Below, piece after piece: positions 11,881 to 28,732 of a stretch of DNA of 64,000 bases. Location: NCBI GenBank assembly GCA_964016885.1, contig OZ024743.1, forward strand, positions 119,536,001 to 119,600,000. Direction: 5' to 3'. Both the position numbers and the translations under genes were made by a program. Source of the stretch: Eledone cirrhosa (taxonomy: Eukaryota). Below the pieces are notes generated by a model, which ran no database searches, was not told the origin of the DNA, and saw only the letters and a list, made by a program, of their open reading frames with translations. How positions within the stretch are numbered: the stretch's first letter is position 1; each line of letters starts with the position of its first letter.

Positions 11881-13931
11881 TGTACCATGGAATGGTGTGT
11901 TTCTCTTTCTATCCCCCTCTCTGTCCTACTCTCTCTCTCTCTCTCTCCTTCTCTCTTTCTCTCTCTTTGTCAAAATTACCTACGATCTACTGAGAAGAGC
12001 CTTGAGAAACCAATCACAGAATCTAACTCTCTGGAAATCGAGATTTAAGAGGCAAATAACTTCTCACAAAAAATTGATATGCTGCTAGAATCACTCAAGC
12101 AGCAATCGATGTGCATAGAGCACATAAAGGAAATGAAAATATGATACAATCAAGCTGAAAAATCAAGCACACTGACCTTACTAGTCTGAGAAATACCACC
12201 AAAAATATAAGCACCGCTATTCATATTCTAACTTAAAACAAAAAGAGAAGATTATAAGACCCAATATTAGTTGTGATGTTAAATGGAATAATTTGTTGCA
12301 TACAGAATTATAACGTGTACAACAATTCCAGAAGAGCAGACTACCATCTGTGTACTGAGTAGGATTATGAAAATAGCGTTTCAGCTCTTTCGCATTTCAA
12401 GTGATTTACACATTGTAAATACATACAAAATATATATGAATATGAATAAGATATATCTAAGAGTTGTACTTTTAGCAAGTGACTTGAAACTGAACCGATT
12501 ATCTTATGGAAGGATGATTTTACCTATGACATGTGACTGTGTCTGTGACTAGGTTTCAGAAGATTGACGCAACATTTTATATTTCATAATAGACTATACT
12601 ATTAAGAAATATGTGAAAAATTAATAAAATAGTTTTTATGTGTTTTAAATTGCTAAAGTTACTCGTCCATGATGTAAAATGTAACTATTTTGTTGATTTA
12701 ACTGTTTTGTCATTAGCATATGTGACAATATTTTTAAGTGTTTTAAACAGTCCAAAATTCCTGGAGTTTTGACGGTGGGTTGTCGGTGATGATAGCGTTC
12801 ATAAAACAAAATTGTGGTTAAAGGCAATAAATCACCATATATTCGTAATGATTAACTAACAAATGTGTTTTCTAAATAACTGAACTTATGATAATTAGAA
12901 TATCCGCTCAGTCACGTCAGTAATCTATCTATCCAAATGGATATAAAAAATAACACGCTCATGTATATATGTATGCGTACCTGGGTGCTGGCGTACGAAC
13001 GTCCACATGTCTCACTCTCTATCCAGTTAAGTATAGCAATTGATTACTTTAGCATTGTACAATGGCTGATTTCCTATGTAACATGTGTTTTGAAATATAA
13101 CAAATTAGTAATTAACATTCGAAATCATAAAGAAGTTCTTATCGATTTCTGTCAAACAATAAACTGTTGTATGTAATGCATTCAAACGGTTAAACATCAC
13201 ATATGCACACCGATATGTTTATATAATATATAACACTGAACAGCAGTGTTGCATGTGTGAGTATATGATTGAGAAATATAGCACCATTTATTAGAACTAT
13301 CAGCTCATATGTCAGAAATTATCATCTATATCTACATATATCCGTTTTAGTTTCTGGAACTAATGTCTGTGAAGGTTATCTGTTAGCTGTTTTTAGACCT
13401 TCCTGAGATATATAGATATAAAGAATGTTCTTTCATTCAAGAATAAAATATGTCAAAGATATAATTAACAGATACTGCTGAGTCTGTTTTTATGACCCTC
13501 CTAACTACGGCAATAAACAGACACTAAACATTTGCAACACAAATTTGGTTCTCTTCGTATTTAAGTGTCACAAAAAGCTGAGTTTTAACAACTACAAAAT
13601 CTCGACAAAATCATGGTGATACTCATAATGGAGAACTGCTATCATAACTGGTTATTGTGCTGCTTCTAAGTACACCTTCATAGACGGCACCTAAAGATGG
13701 CTAGCCAACTAATTAGCAGGGATCCCTCGTGATAGCCCTCCAATATCTGGTCAATATTGGTTGTCTTAATTTATTGAGATATTAAGTGCTGTCTTAATTC
13801 CAGAAATTGCAGTTGGAGACATCATATGAGTGAAACTGGCTTATTTTAGTTTAAGACTTTGGCTGAAGTTAAATATGGTTAAATGCTTCTCATTGAGATG
13901 TCTGACTAAATTAGAGACAAATAGCTCTCTG

Positions 13932-16782
<2,851 letters not shown>

Positions 16783-16804
16783 CTAACCTACGCAAATCCG
16801 GAAA

Positions 16805-18070
16805 ATGGCACTGGAACAAGACAACACCACTTCAAACTCCAATATCAATGAGGAAATCCTGAAAATCCTAAAAGAGATAAATGGAAAACTCACCATTCTG
16901 ACAAAAAAACAGGATATACCCCAAACCACCACACCGACTGACAACCAAATTTATTTAAACGTTCAAAACGTATGCAACTCCATCGAAAAACTTATGAATA
17001 CCAACACAGAACAAACGACATTGCTCCATATCAAAAACCAAATGGGACACCTCTGGAAAAAACATCTAAAAACCAGAAAATTCACTTTCTGGAATATGAT
17101 AAAAAACCTCAACAAAGCTGGAATTTACCAAAAATGGATTAACTCAACACCGATAGTTTTACCACGTAAATTCCAAATAAAGCATATTACAAACGAACCT
17201 GAACCAGAAAGAAAACTCCGTGAACAAATGTCACTCAACAGGATAAACATGGAAATAGAACTCCTAAAATTAAGGGCCACCTCAAACGAGCAAGAGTATA
17301 AGGATACTGATAAAAATATGGAGGAAGAATGCACTAAAAAGGCCGAGGGAACAACCCTACAAAATTTAATCAAATCGTGGAAACAGGACTGCGAGAATGC
17401 AGAAACTATTTCCCTTAAACGGTGGGAAAAATCCGAAAACTGGTTCCTCAAATATGAAGAAGACTTTAAAAGGACGCACCAAACAGGTAACCCCTTTATA
17501 AAGCATTTGAACATAACAAGAACTACAACAGACACATTTACACCACCAAACCCAACACACACTAACCACAGGCACATCCCCCACCAACACAAACCAAATA
17601 CGGCCAACTACACCAAAAGAAACACACCCAACCACCACAACACAGGTTTCCGTAGAAATGCCCCCTACATAAACCAACGACGAAATAACATAGATCCAAC
17701 TCACAACACACACACCACATTCCTCAGAAGAAATCCACCCAGGCCACTTGAAATCACAACAGAACTTACCCACAACCACACCAGACATCACCCTCAATCC
17801 AACAAAAGACAACCCCCCAGCCTCAACACTCTGTACCACAGAAATAACGCACCCAGACCACATGAACCAACAACAGAACCCTTGCTCATCAACAACCACA
17901 ACACATACCACCCCCACCATCACATTCACCCTCATGAAACAACAAGCTACAGACCCACACGCAACAGACCAACAAAATATAATCACACACAAAACTACAT
18001 TCCTTTTTTAGGGAAAAGCCTAAAATACCAGGATACTCGATGGCCCCCCCTCAGGAGAAACCAAAAATAA
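16805..18070 (+). CDS. PLE ORF1 (421 aa; helical/coiled-coil N-terminus, H/N/R/P/T-rich disordered C-terminus)
   Basis: Long complex ORF immediately after the pLTR; present in both units and overlapping ORF2. Confidence 0.85.
   Translation: MALEQDNTTSNSNINEEILKILKEINGKLTILTKKQDIPQTTTPTDNQIYLNVQNVCNSIEKLMNTNTEQTTLLHIKNQMGHLWKKHLKTRKFTFWNMIKNLNKAGIYQKWINSTPIVLPRKFQIKHITNEPEPERKLREQMSLNRINMEIELLKLRATSNEQEYKDTDKNMEEECTKKAEGTTLQNLIKSWKQDCENAETISLKRWEKSENWFLKYEEDFKRTHQTGNPFIKHLNITRTTTDTFTPPNPTHTNHRHIPHQHKPNTANYTKRNTPNHHNTGFRRNAPYINQRRNNIDPTHNTHTTFLRRNPPRPLEITTELTHNHTRHHPQSNKRQPPSLNTLYHRNNAPRPHEPTTEPLLINNHNTYHPHHHIHPHETTSYRPTRNRPTKYNHTQNYIPFLGKSLKYQDTRWPPLRRNQK
18004..18010 (+). other. Candidate -1 ribosomal frameshift heptamer T_TTT_TTA
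   Basis: In ORF1 phase (CCT TTT TTA GGG). ORF2 is in the -1 frame and open from ~17983. Confidence 0.7.
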
Positions 18071-20316
18071 TCAACCTCTCAAAGACACCTCTAACCAACA
18101 CACAAATCAACATTTTAAGTAAGGGCCTGAAATTTACACCTACACCACGTAAACCAAACTTCCCCGAAATGAAGGATGACATCATGGAATACTGCCGAAA
18201 GCTGCGACTAACGGAATTCTTCCACAACGACACCAACACTGAAGACGAATCACTGGTTAGAAATAAAAGCAATTTCTGCCCACAAAAGGGAAGAAATAAA
18301 GCACTGGACACGTACTGCGAACACATCACCAACTTTCCCTATGAAACACTTACAAATAAACACACGAAATCAAACCTATCTACACACGAATGGGAAGAAT
18401 TATTCACACTTAGAAACAACCCTGAGATAACTATCAAAGAAGCCGATAAAGGCAGTACTGTTGTGATTATGAATACGGACTACTATAGGACCCTCGCACT
18501 TAACATTTTAGAAAACAACACATACTATGAAAAAACAGAAAACTACAAACACACCAAAACAATGGGGAACCTTTTGACCTTACTGAATAAATACCGCAAC
18601 AGCTTAACCACAAAAGAGTTTAACTATATAAGCCACTTCAAATGCAATACAAGCTCTTTTTACGGCTTACCGAAACTTCACAAATGTAAACCCATAAACG
18701 ATGCATGTGACACCTCAACCAACAATTACATTGAACTAACACCACCAGAAGACCTAAAACTCAGGCCAATTATAGCAGGCCCTACATGTGAAACCCACAG
18801 ACTTAGCAACTTTCTGGACATCCTACTGAAACCCTTTCTACAACATATACAGAGCTACATACGAGATGACCTTGACATGCTGAAACACCTCCCTAAAACA
18901 GTAAGTGCAAATACAATTCTTGTCTCCTTTGACGTAATAAACCTCTACACAAACATACCTCACAACTATGGAATAACAGCAGTCCAATACTGGCTTAACA
19001 CACACCCATCAGAAATACCGACACGCATCAACACAGATTTTATCACTGACGGACTCCGCTTTATCCTACAAAATAACTACTTCACATTCAATGGTTCAAC
19101 ATACAGACAAGTATCAGGTACGGCAATGGGCACGAAAGTAGCACCCACATATGCCAACCTAGTCATGGGATTCCATGAACAACAAATATACAGTCAGTCC
19201 CTTCTCTTATTTGGAGACTCTTTCCACACACACCTCAAAGCCAATTGGAAAAGATATCTAGACGACTGCTTTATCCTATGGCAAGAAGACATGAACTCAC
19301 TTACTACGTTTAAAAACATGATAAACAACATAGATAATAACATACAATTCACAATGGAATCCAATCCTAAGGAATTAGCCTTCTTGGATATTCTCATCTC
19401 TGTAATAGACGGGAAATTAGATACAGATATATTCTATAAACCCACAGATTCCAAGCAATACCTCTTTTTCACATCAAGTCACCCAAAACATACAAAACTT
19501 AACATTCCTTACAATTTGGCCAAACGTATATGTACCATAGTATCAGATCCACCTAAACGGGAGCAAAGACTAAAGGAACTAAAAGACACCCTTATCTTAA
19601 GAGCCTTTCCACTTGAAATAATCAACAATGGAATAGACAGGGCAAAACACCTAAATCCCCATCAACTTAACAATCCAAAACAGAAAACCACACTCAACAC
19701 CCTGCCATATGTATCCACTTTCAACCCCAGAAATACCGAAATGTTTGATCACCTACACAAAAACCTCCCCATCCTACTTAAAGATGTAAAAATGAAGTCT
19801 ATTCTTGAAACACACAAGATCCTTAAAAGTAAAAGACAACCCAAATCACTTAAACGCATTCTCACTGGACCAAATATACCCAAACCAATCCTCAACCCTA
19901 CAGTTACCAAATGTGGTAGAACAAACTGTGGAACGTGCCTCTACCTCACTGAAGGACAAACATTTACATTCAAAGATGGCCAAACATTTACAGTAAAAAA
20001 CAATTTCACCTGCAACTCGGAGAACTTGATTTACGCAATAACTTGCGGTGGGTGCAAACACAACTACATAGGACAGACGGGCACCTCATTACGCAAAAGA
20101 ATGACCATCCACCGCCAACAAATCCGGGACGCTAACACAAGAAAAATCCCCTTGAGCAGCCATATTGCGAACTGCGCAGGAATGACACTACCCAACTTTA
20201 AAATCTTCCCCTTCTACAAGTGCTCAGATTCGTTCACACAACAACAACGAATAAACAAAGAAAATCTATTCCTTAACAAATTTAAACCAAAACTAAACGG
20301 GTTATCACCCCAATAG
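18040..20316 (+). CDS. PLE ORF2: reverse transcriptase plus GIY-YIG endonuclease (758 aa from the first ATG)
   Basis: LSKGLKF, ADKG, FYGLPKLHK, RPII, SFDVINLYTNI, GTAMG, RYLDD, FLD, linker C-x4-C-x2-C, LIYAITC..C..NYIGQT, R..H, E..F...LN. Confidence 0.97.
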   Translation: MAPPQEKPKIINLSKTPLTNTQINILSKGLKFTPTPRKPNFPEMKDDIMEYCRKLRLTEFFHNDTNTEDESLVRNKSNFCPQKGRNKALDTYCEHITNFPYETLTNKHTKSNLSTHEWEELFTLRNNPEITIKEADKGSTVVIMNTDYYRTLALNILENNTYYEKTENYKHTKTMGNLLTLLNKYRNSLTTKEFNYISHFKCNTSSFYGLPKLHKCKPINDACDTSTNNYIELTPPEDLKLRPIIAGPTCETHRLSNFLDILLKPFLQHIQSYIRDDLDMLKHLPKTVSANTILVSFDVINLYTNIPHNYGITAVQYWLNTHPSEIPTRINTDFITDGLRFILQNNYFTFNGSTYRQVSGTAMGTKVAPTYANLVMGFHEQQIYSQSLLLFGDSFHTHLKANWKRYLDDCFILWQEDMNSLTTFKNMINNIDNNIQFTMESNPKELAFLDILISVIDGKLDTDIFYKPTDSKQYLFFTSSHPKHTKLNIPYNLAKRICTIVSDPPKREQRLKELKDTLILRAFPLEIINNGIDRAKHLNPHQLNNPKQKTTLNTLPYVSTFNPRNTEMFDHLHKNLPILLKDVKMKSILETHKILKSKRQPKSLKRILTGPNIPKPILNPTVTKCGRTNCGTCLYLTEGQTFTFKDGQTFTVKNNFTCNSENLIYAITCGGCKHNYIGQTGTSLRKRMTIHRQQIRDANTRKIPLSSHIANCAGMTLPNFKIFPFYKCSDSFTQQQRINKENLFLNKFKPKLNGLSPQ

Positions 20317-21625
<1,309 letters not shown>

Positions 21626-21647
21626 CTAACCTACGCAAATCCGGAAA

Positions 21648-22913
21648 ATGGCACTGGAACAAGACAACACCACTTCAAACTCCAATATCAATGAGGAAAT
21701 CCTGAAAATCCTAAAAGAGATAAATGGAAAACTCACCATTCTGACAAAAAAACAGGATATACCCCAAACCACCACACCGACTGACAACCAAATTTATTTA
21801 AACGTTCAAAACGTATGCAACTCCATCGAAAAACTTATGAATACCAACACAGAACAAACGACATTGCTCCATATCAAAAACCAAATGGGACACCTCTGGA
21901 AAAAACATCTAAAAACCAGAAAATTCACTTTCTGGAATATGATAAAAAACCTCAACAAAGCTGGAATTTACCAAAAATGGATTAACTCAACACCGATAGT
22001 TTTACCACGTAAATTCCAAATAAAGCATATTACAAACGAACCTGAACCAGAAAGAAAACTCCGTGAACAAATGTCACTCAACAGGATAAACATGGAAATA
22101 GAACTCCTAAAATTAAGGGCCACCTCAAACGAGCAAGAGTATAAGGATACTGATAAAAATATGGAGGAAGAATGCACTAAAAAGGCCGAGGAAACAACCC
22201 TACAAAATTTAATCAAATCGTGGAAACAGGACTGCGAGAATGCAGAAACTATTTCCCTTAAACGGTGGGAAAAATCCGAAAACTGGTTCCTCAAATATGA
22301 AGAAGACTTTAAAAGGACGCACCAAACAGGTAACCCCTTTATAAAGCATTTGAACATAACAAGAACTACAACAGACACATTTACACCACCAAACCCAACA
22401 CACACTAACCACAGGCACATCCCCCACCAACACAAACCAAATACGGCCAACTACACCAAAAGAAACACACCCAACCACCACAACACAGGTTTCCGTAGAA
22501 ATGCCCCCTACATAAACCAACGACGAAATAACATAGATCCAACTCACAACACACACACCACATTCCTCAGAAGAAATCCACCCAGGCCACTTGAAATCAC
22601 AACAGAACTTACCCACAACCACACCAGACATCACCCTCAATCCAACAAAAGACAACCCCCCAGCCTCAACACTCTGTACCACAGAAATAACGCACCCAGA
22701 CCACATGAACCAACAACAGAACCCTTGCTCATCAACAACCACAACACATACCACCCCCACCATCACATTCACCCTCATGAAACAACAAGCTACAGACCCA
22801 CACGCAACAGACCAACAAAATATAATCACACACAAAACTACATTCCTTTTTTAGGGAAAAGCCTAAAATACCAGGATACTCGATGGCCCCCCCTCAGGAG
22901 AAACCAAAAATAA
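21648..22913 (+). CDS. PLE ORF1, copy 2
   Basis: Same as copy 1 except G>E (KAEGTT/KAEETT). Confidence 0.85.
   Translation: MALEQDNTTSNSNINEEILKILKEINGKLTILTKKQDIPQTTTPTDNQIYLNVQNVCNSIEKLMNTNTEQTTLLHIKNQMGHLWKKHLKTRKFTFWNMIKNLNKAGIYQKWINSTPIVLPRKFQIKHITNEPEPERKLREQMSLNRINMEIELLKLRATSNEQEYKDTDKNMEEECTKKAEETTLQNLIKSWKQDCENAETISLKRWEKSENWFLKYEEDFKRTHQTGNPFIKHLNITRTTTDTFTPPNPTHTNHRHIPHQHKPNTANYTKRNTPNHHNTGFRRNAPYINQRRNNIDPTHNTHTTFLRRNPPRPLEITTELTHNHTRHHPQSNKRQPPSLNTLYHRNNAPRPHEPTTEPLLINNHNTYHPHHHIHPHETTSYRPTRNRPTKYNHTQNYIPFLGKSLKYQDTRWPPLRRNQK
22847..22853 (+). other. Candidate -1 frameshift heptamer, copy 2
   Basis: Same sequence and phase as 18004-18010. Confidence 0.7.
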
Positions 22914-25159
22914 TCAACCTCTCAAAGACACCTCTAACCAACACACAAATCAACATTTTAAGTAAGGGCCTGAAATTTACACCTACACCACGTAAACCAA
23001 ACTTCCCCGAAATGAAGGATGACATCATGGAATACTGCCGAAAGCTGCGACTAACGGAATTCTTCCACAACGACACCAACACTGAAGACGAATCACTGGT
23101 TAGAAATAAAAGCAATTTCTGCCCACAAAAGGGAAGAAATAAAGCACTGGACACGTACTGCGAACACATCACCAACTTTCCCTATGAAACACTTACAAAT
23201 AAACACACGAAATCAAACCTATCTACACACGAATGGGAAGAATTATTCACACTTAGAAACAACCCTGAGATAACTATCAAAGAAGCCGATAAAGGCAGTA
23301 CTGTTGTGATTATGAATACGGACTACTATAGGACCCTCGCACTTAACATTTTAGAAAACAACACATACTATGAAAAAACAGAAAACTACAAACACACCAA
23401 AACAATGGGGAACCTTTTGACCTTACTGAATAAATACCGCAACAGCTTAACCACAAAAGAGTTTAACTATATAAGCCACTTCAAATGCAATACAAGCTCT
23501 TTTTACGGCTTACCGAAACTTCACAAATGTAAACCCATAAACGATGCATGTGACACCTCAACCAACAATTACATTGAACTAACACCACCAGAAGACCTAA
23601 AACTCAGGCCAATTATAGCAGGCCCTACATGTGAAACCCACAGACTTAGCAACTTTCTGGACATCCTACTGAAACCCTTTCTACAACATATACAGAGCTA
23701 CATACGAGATGACCTTGACATGCTGAAACACCTCCCTAAAACAGTAAGTGCAAATACAATTCTTGTCTCCTTTGACGTAATAAACCTCTACACAAACATA
23801 CCTCACAACTATGGAATAACAGCAGTCCAATACTGGCTTAACACACACCCATCAGAAATACCGACACGCATCAACACAGATTTTATCACTGACGGACTCC
23901 GCTTTATCCTACAAAATAACTACTTCACATTCAATGGTTCAACATACAGACAAGTATCAGGTACGGCAATGGGCACGAAAGTAGCACCCACATATGCCAA
24001 CCTAGTCATGGGATTCCATGAACAACAAATATACAGTCAGTCCCTTCTCTTATTTGGAGACTCTTTCCACACACACCTCAAAGCCAATTGGAAAAGATAT
24101 CTAGACGACTGCTTTATCCTATGGCAAGAAGACATGAACTCACTTACTACGTTTAAAAACATGATAAACAACATAGATAATAACATACAATTCACAATGG
24201 AATCCAATCCTAAGGAATTAGCCTTCTTGGATATTCTCATCTCTGTAATAGACGGGAAATTAGATACAGATATATTCTATAAACCCACAGATTCCAAGCA
24301 ATACCTCTTTTTCACATCAAGTCACCCAAAACATACAAAACTTAACATTCCTTACAATTTGGCCAAACGTATATGTACCATAGTATCAGATCCACCTAAA
24401 CGGGAGCAAAGACTAAAGGAACTAAAAGACACCCTTATCTTAAGAGCCTTTCCACTTGAAATAATCAACAATGGAATAGACAGGACAAAACACCTAAATC
24501 CCCATCAACTTAACAATCCAAAACAGAAAACCACACTCAACACCCTGCCATATGTATCCACTTTCAACCCCAGAAATACCGAAATGTTTGATCACCTACA
24601 CAAAAACCTCCCCATCCTACTTAAAGATGTAAAAATGAAGTCTATTCTTGAAACACACAAGATCCTTAAAAGTAAAAGACAACCCAAATCACTTAAACGC
24701 ATTCTCACTGGACCAAATATACCCAAACCAATCCTCAACCCTACAGTTACCAAATGTGGTAGAACAAACTGTGGAACGTGCCTCTACCTCACTGAAGGAC
24801 AAACATTTACATTCAAAGATGGCCAAACATTTACAGTAAAAAACAATTTCACCTGCAACTCGGAGAACTTGATTTACGCAATAACTTGCGGTGGGTGCAA
24901 ACACAACTACATAGGACAGACGGGCACCTCATTACGCAAAAGAATGACCATCCACCGCCAACAAATCCGGGACGCTAACACAAGAAAAATCCCCTTGAGC
25001 AGCCATATTGCGAACTGCGCAGGAATGACACTACCCAACTTTAAAATCTTCCCCTTCTACAAGTGCTCAGATTCGTTCACACAACAACAACGAATAAACA
25101 AAGAAAATCTATTCCTTAACAAATTTAAACCAAAACTAAACGGGTTATCACCCCAATAG
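22883..25159 (+). CDS. PLE ORF2 RT plus GIY-YIG, copy 2
   Basis: Same as copy 1 except A>T (DRAKH/DRTKH). Confidence 0.97.
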   Translation: MAPPQEKPKIINLSKTPLTNTQINILSKGLKFTPTPRKPNFPEMKDDIMEYCRKLRLTEFFHNDTNTEDESLVRNKSNFCPQKGRNKALDTYCEHITNFPYETLTNKHTKSNLSTHEWEELFTLRNNPEITIKEADKGSTVVIMNTDYYRTLALNILENNTYYEKTENYKHTKTMGNLLTLLNKYRNSLTTKEFNYISHFKCNTSSFYGLPKLHKCKPINDACDTSTNNYIELTPPEDLKLRPIIAGPTCETHRLSNFLDILLKPFLQHIQSYIRDDLDMLKHLPKTVSANTILVSFDVINLYTNIPHNYGITAVQYWLNTHPSEIPTRINTDFITDGLRFILQNNYFTFNGSTYRQVSGTAMGTKVAPTYANLVMGFHEQQIYSQSLLLFGDSFHTHLKANWKRYLDDCFILWQEDMNSLTTFKNMINNIDNNIQFTMESNPKELAFLDILISVIDGKLDTDIFYKPTDSKQYLFFTSSHPKHTKLNIPYNLAKRICTIVSDPPKREQRLKELKDTLILRAFPLEIINNGIDRTKHLNPHQLNNPKQKTTLNTLPYVSTFNPRNTEMFDHLHKNLPILLKDVKMKSILETHKILKSKRQPKSLKRILTGPNIPKPILNPTVTKCGRTNCGTCLYLTEGQTFTFKDGQTFTVKNNFTCNSENLIYAITCGGCKHNYIGQTGTSLRKRMTIHRQQIRDANTRKIPLSSHIANCAGMTLPNFKIFPFYKCSDSFTQQQRINKENLFLNKFKPKLNGLSPQ

Positions 25160-26490
<1,331 letters not shown>

Positions 26491-26706
26491 TAGAAAGTGA
26501 GGTTTTTTTTACAAAATGAAAAATAACCGAGGTCTCCTACACGAGTGAAAGTATATGATGTGAGAAAAACCACAGACCCTCCATCTCAACTCACCTTTTG
26601 AAAAGCAGAACTGCGAAACCGGTAAAGGAACCAAATAAATATATATATTTTTTTAAAAAAATAAGACTCCTGTTGCATTTTCGATTTCATCTCTTTTTCT
26701 TTTTAC
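26491..26706. mobile_element. Family B element with an inverted 3' segment
   Basis: 26491-26555 is the reverse complement of the family B 3' end; 26560-26706 is the 5' part on +. (TA)n on both sides. Confidence 0.8.
26594..26628 (+). ncRNA. Minimal hammerhead, U3-A8 variant (family B)
   Basis: CCTT-TTGAAAA-GCAG AA CTGC-GAAAC CG GTA-AAGG. Confidence 0.75.
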
Positions 26707-26709
26707 ATA

Positions 26710-26752
<43 letters not shown>

Positions 26753-26772
26753 TTATTAAAATAACAGATCAA

Positions 26773-26823
26773 AGTTTAAGCAGAGAATCGCTGCTTTCAC
26801 CCTTAACGGGATCTTCTGAAACT
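26773..26823 (-). ncRNA. Hammerhead with one core mutation
   Basis: Minus: AGTTT-CAGAAGA-tccc gttaa gggt-GAAAGCAG cgattct CTGCTT-AAACT. Stems I-III pair; core U4 is A. Confidence 0.6.
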
Positions 26824-26834
26824 AACAAAGTCAA

Positions 26835-27911
26835 TCTGTAAACGCAGAAGTGGATATTTCAAAAAACGTTGCAACAGGTTCAGAAAAGAACTCACAGCCT
26901 TCTTTAAAGGCTTCAATCTCTCTATACAAGTTGAGGCCAATCTCTCGGTCGTTAATTACCTCGACGTTACCCTCACTTTATTGAATGGGTTGTATTACCC
27001 GTATAGAAAGCCGAATGATACGCTTAATTACATAAGTAAGCATTCCAACCATCCTGCCAGCATAACCAAGAACCTGGTAAGAAACGTTTCGTTGAGGCTT
27101 TCCCGTCTTTCCACCAACGAGCGTATTTTCAACGACCATTCCACTTATTACAATGAAGCTCTTGCTCGAAGTGGATTTATCGATAAGGTAGCATATACAG
27201 AGTACGAAAATAGACCTAGAAGAAATAGATCCCGTCGCATTTGTTGGTATAACCCACCATATAATATGGAGGTGGCCACACCATTAGCTAAGATCTTTCT
27301 TTCCCTTATTACGAAGCATTTTCCCCCTACACATAAATATAGTAAAATTTTTAATAGAAATACTATTAAAATTTATTACTCTACGACTCCTAACCTTGCA
27401 CATAACATCACAGCTTCAAATTTAGCTAAACTACCTAGCCGCAGGAACACGTGCAACCCTGTAGTTAGTACTAACTGTAATTGTAGGAGTCGGGTTGATT
27501 GCCCCCCCTATCCAGGAAATGCCTCTCTAGTAACATTGTCTACAAATGTAAGGTTGTAACACCCACGTCCCCTACATAGGGTTAACCGCCAATAGATTCA
27601 ATCAGCGTCTTTACATGCATACCCATTCTTTTCGTTACCCTCTAAGAAGGAATATGACGTCACTTTCAGCTCATATCTGGAGTCTAAAAGACAACTACAC
27701 CCAATATAAGTTACACTGGGAGATACTAGCTAGGGCTAGATCGTATAACGGAAATAAAAGACCATGTGACCTCTGCGCCGCTGAGGCCCTGGAAATACTC
27801 TACGCCACTGACCACATCTTAAACAAAAAATCTGAGGCAATTTCGGCTTGTAAACATAAATTGCACAAAACTTTCCTGTATTACAGCCCCACGTTATACC
27901 CTAACGGATAG
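26835..27911 (+). pseudogene. 5'-truncated, frameshifted PLE ORF (RT thumb plus GIY-YIG), Hydra-clade-like
   Basis: VNYLDVTL..YRKPND..SNHP, WYNPPY, KHFP..KIFNRNT, CNCRSRVDC (CxCx5C), then NIVY..YIGLT..F..R..H..SF across frameshifts, CDLC..E. Confidence 0.85.
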
Positions 27912-28721
27912 TACGATTTATACGTGGATATTTTACGTCTTGATGTGGGAGCTAAGTATATGTTTTGTTTATACCATTACTTATTTGCATAGGTAAGTAT
28001 ATTTTACCCGTATGTTTTGTGAAGGCACGTATACCTTCTCGTACGTATATTTGATTGTTTATGTTATGGCATATAATTTTATATATTCTGGTACATATGG
28101 TTTGGCTATGTGTATACGGGAGTTTTGCGTCTGTGTGAGTATGCAGGTTCGTACGTATGTAGGGTGTGTGTATATGTGTACTTCATGTTTTGGTTGACTT
28201 ACATCTCCGAACATTCGTGTATTTACATGTAGGTATGTGTGTGCGCTTGTTATATACGTATTTATTTATTTATATACGTTTATATAATTATTTATTTATT
28301 TGTAAACACGCATACACACACACACATATTTATATGTGCGTGGTTTCGTATACCTATCGTAAGTGTTTTGCGTATGCTTGTGTATGTACGTATTTGTTTG
28401 CGTGTATGTATTTATTTATTTCTATTACTTCTGTATTGTATTTATTTACTTGTTCTTAACTCTGTAGCGGAGATTCATTCGGTCTCCTAGTTAGAATTTT
28501 AGTCTACGACTTCTGCTTTACCATTTACGTGGTTTTGTCTTTGCGTGCTATTGTTCTCCACGCTCCACATATGACGTATTATCTTCGTTTTTTGTCGCTC
28601 ATTGCCAGAGAACGTCTCTATGAACCACCTAAGAGAACATTAGTCTACGACCTCTTTTATACCATAAACGTGGTTCTGTCTTTGCGCGTAATTGTTTTTC
28701 ACCGCTCCTATTAATGACGTA
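27912..28721 (+). repeat. Probable 3' UTR/pLTR of the Hydra-like PLE with an ~80-bp internal duplication
   Basis: TG/TA-rich sequence; 28499-28579 resembles 28640-28721; ends in (TA)n. Confidence 0.55.
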
Positions 28722-28732
28722 TATATATATAT

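Noticed and set aside
17125-17992. Antisense ORFs of 160 and 208 aa within ORF1
   Set aside because: Shadow of the A/C-rich, T-poor sense strand; no motifs.
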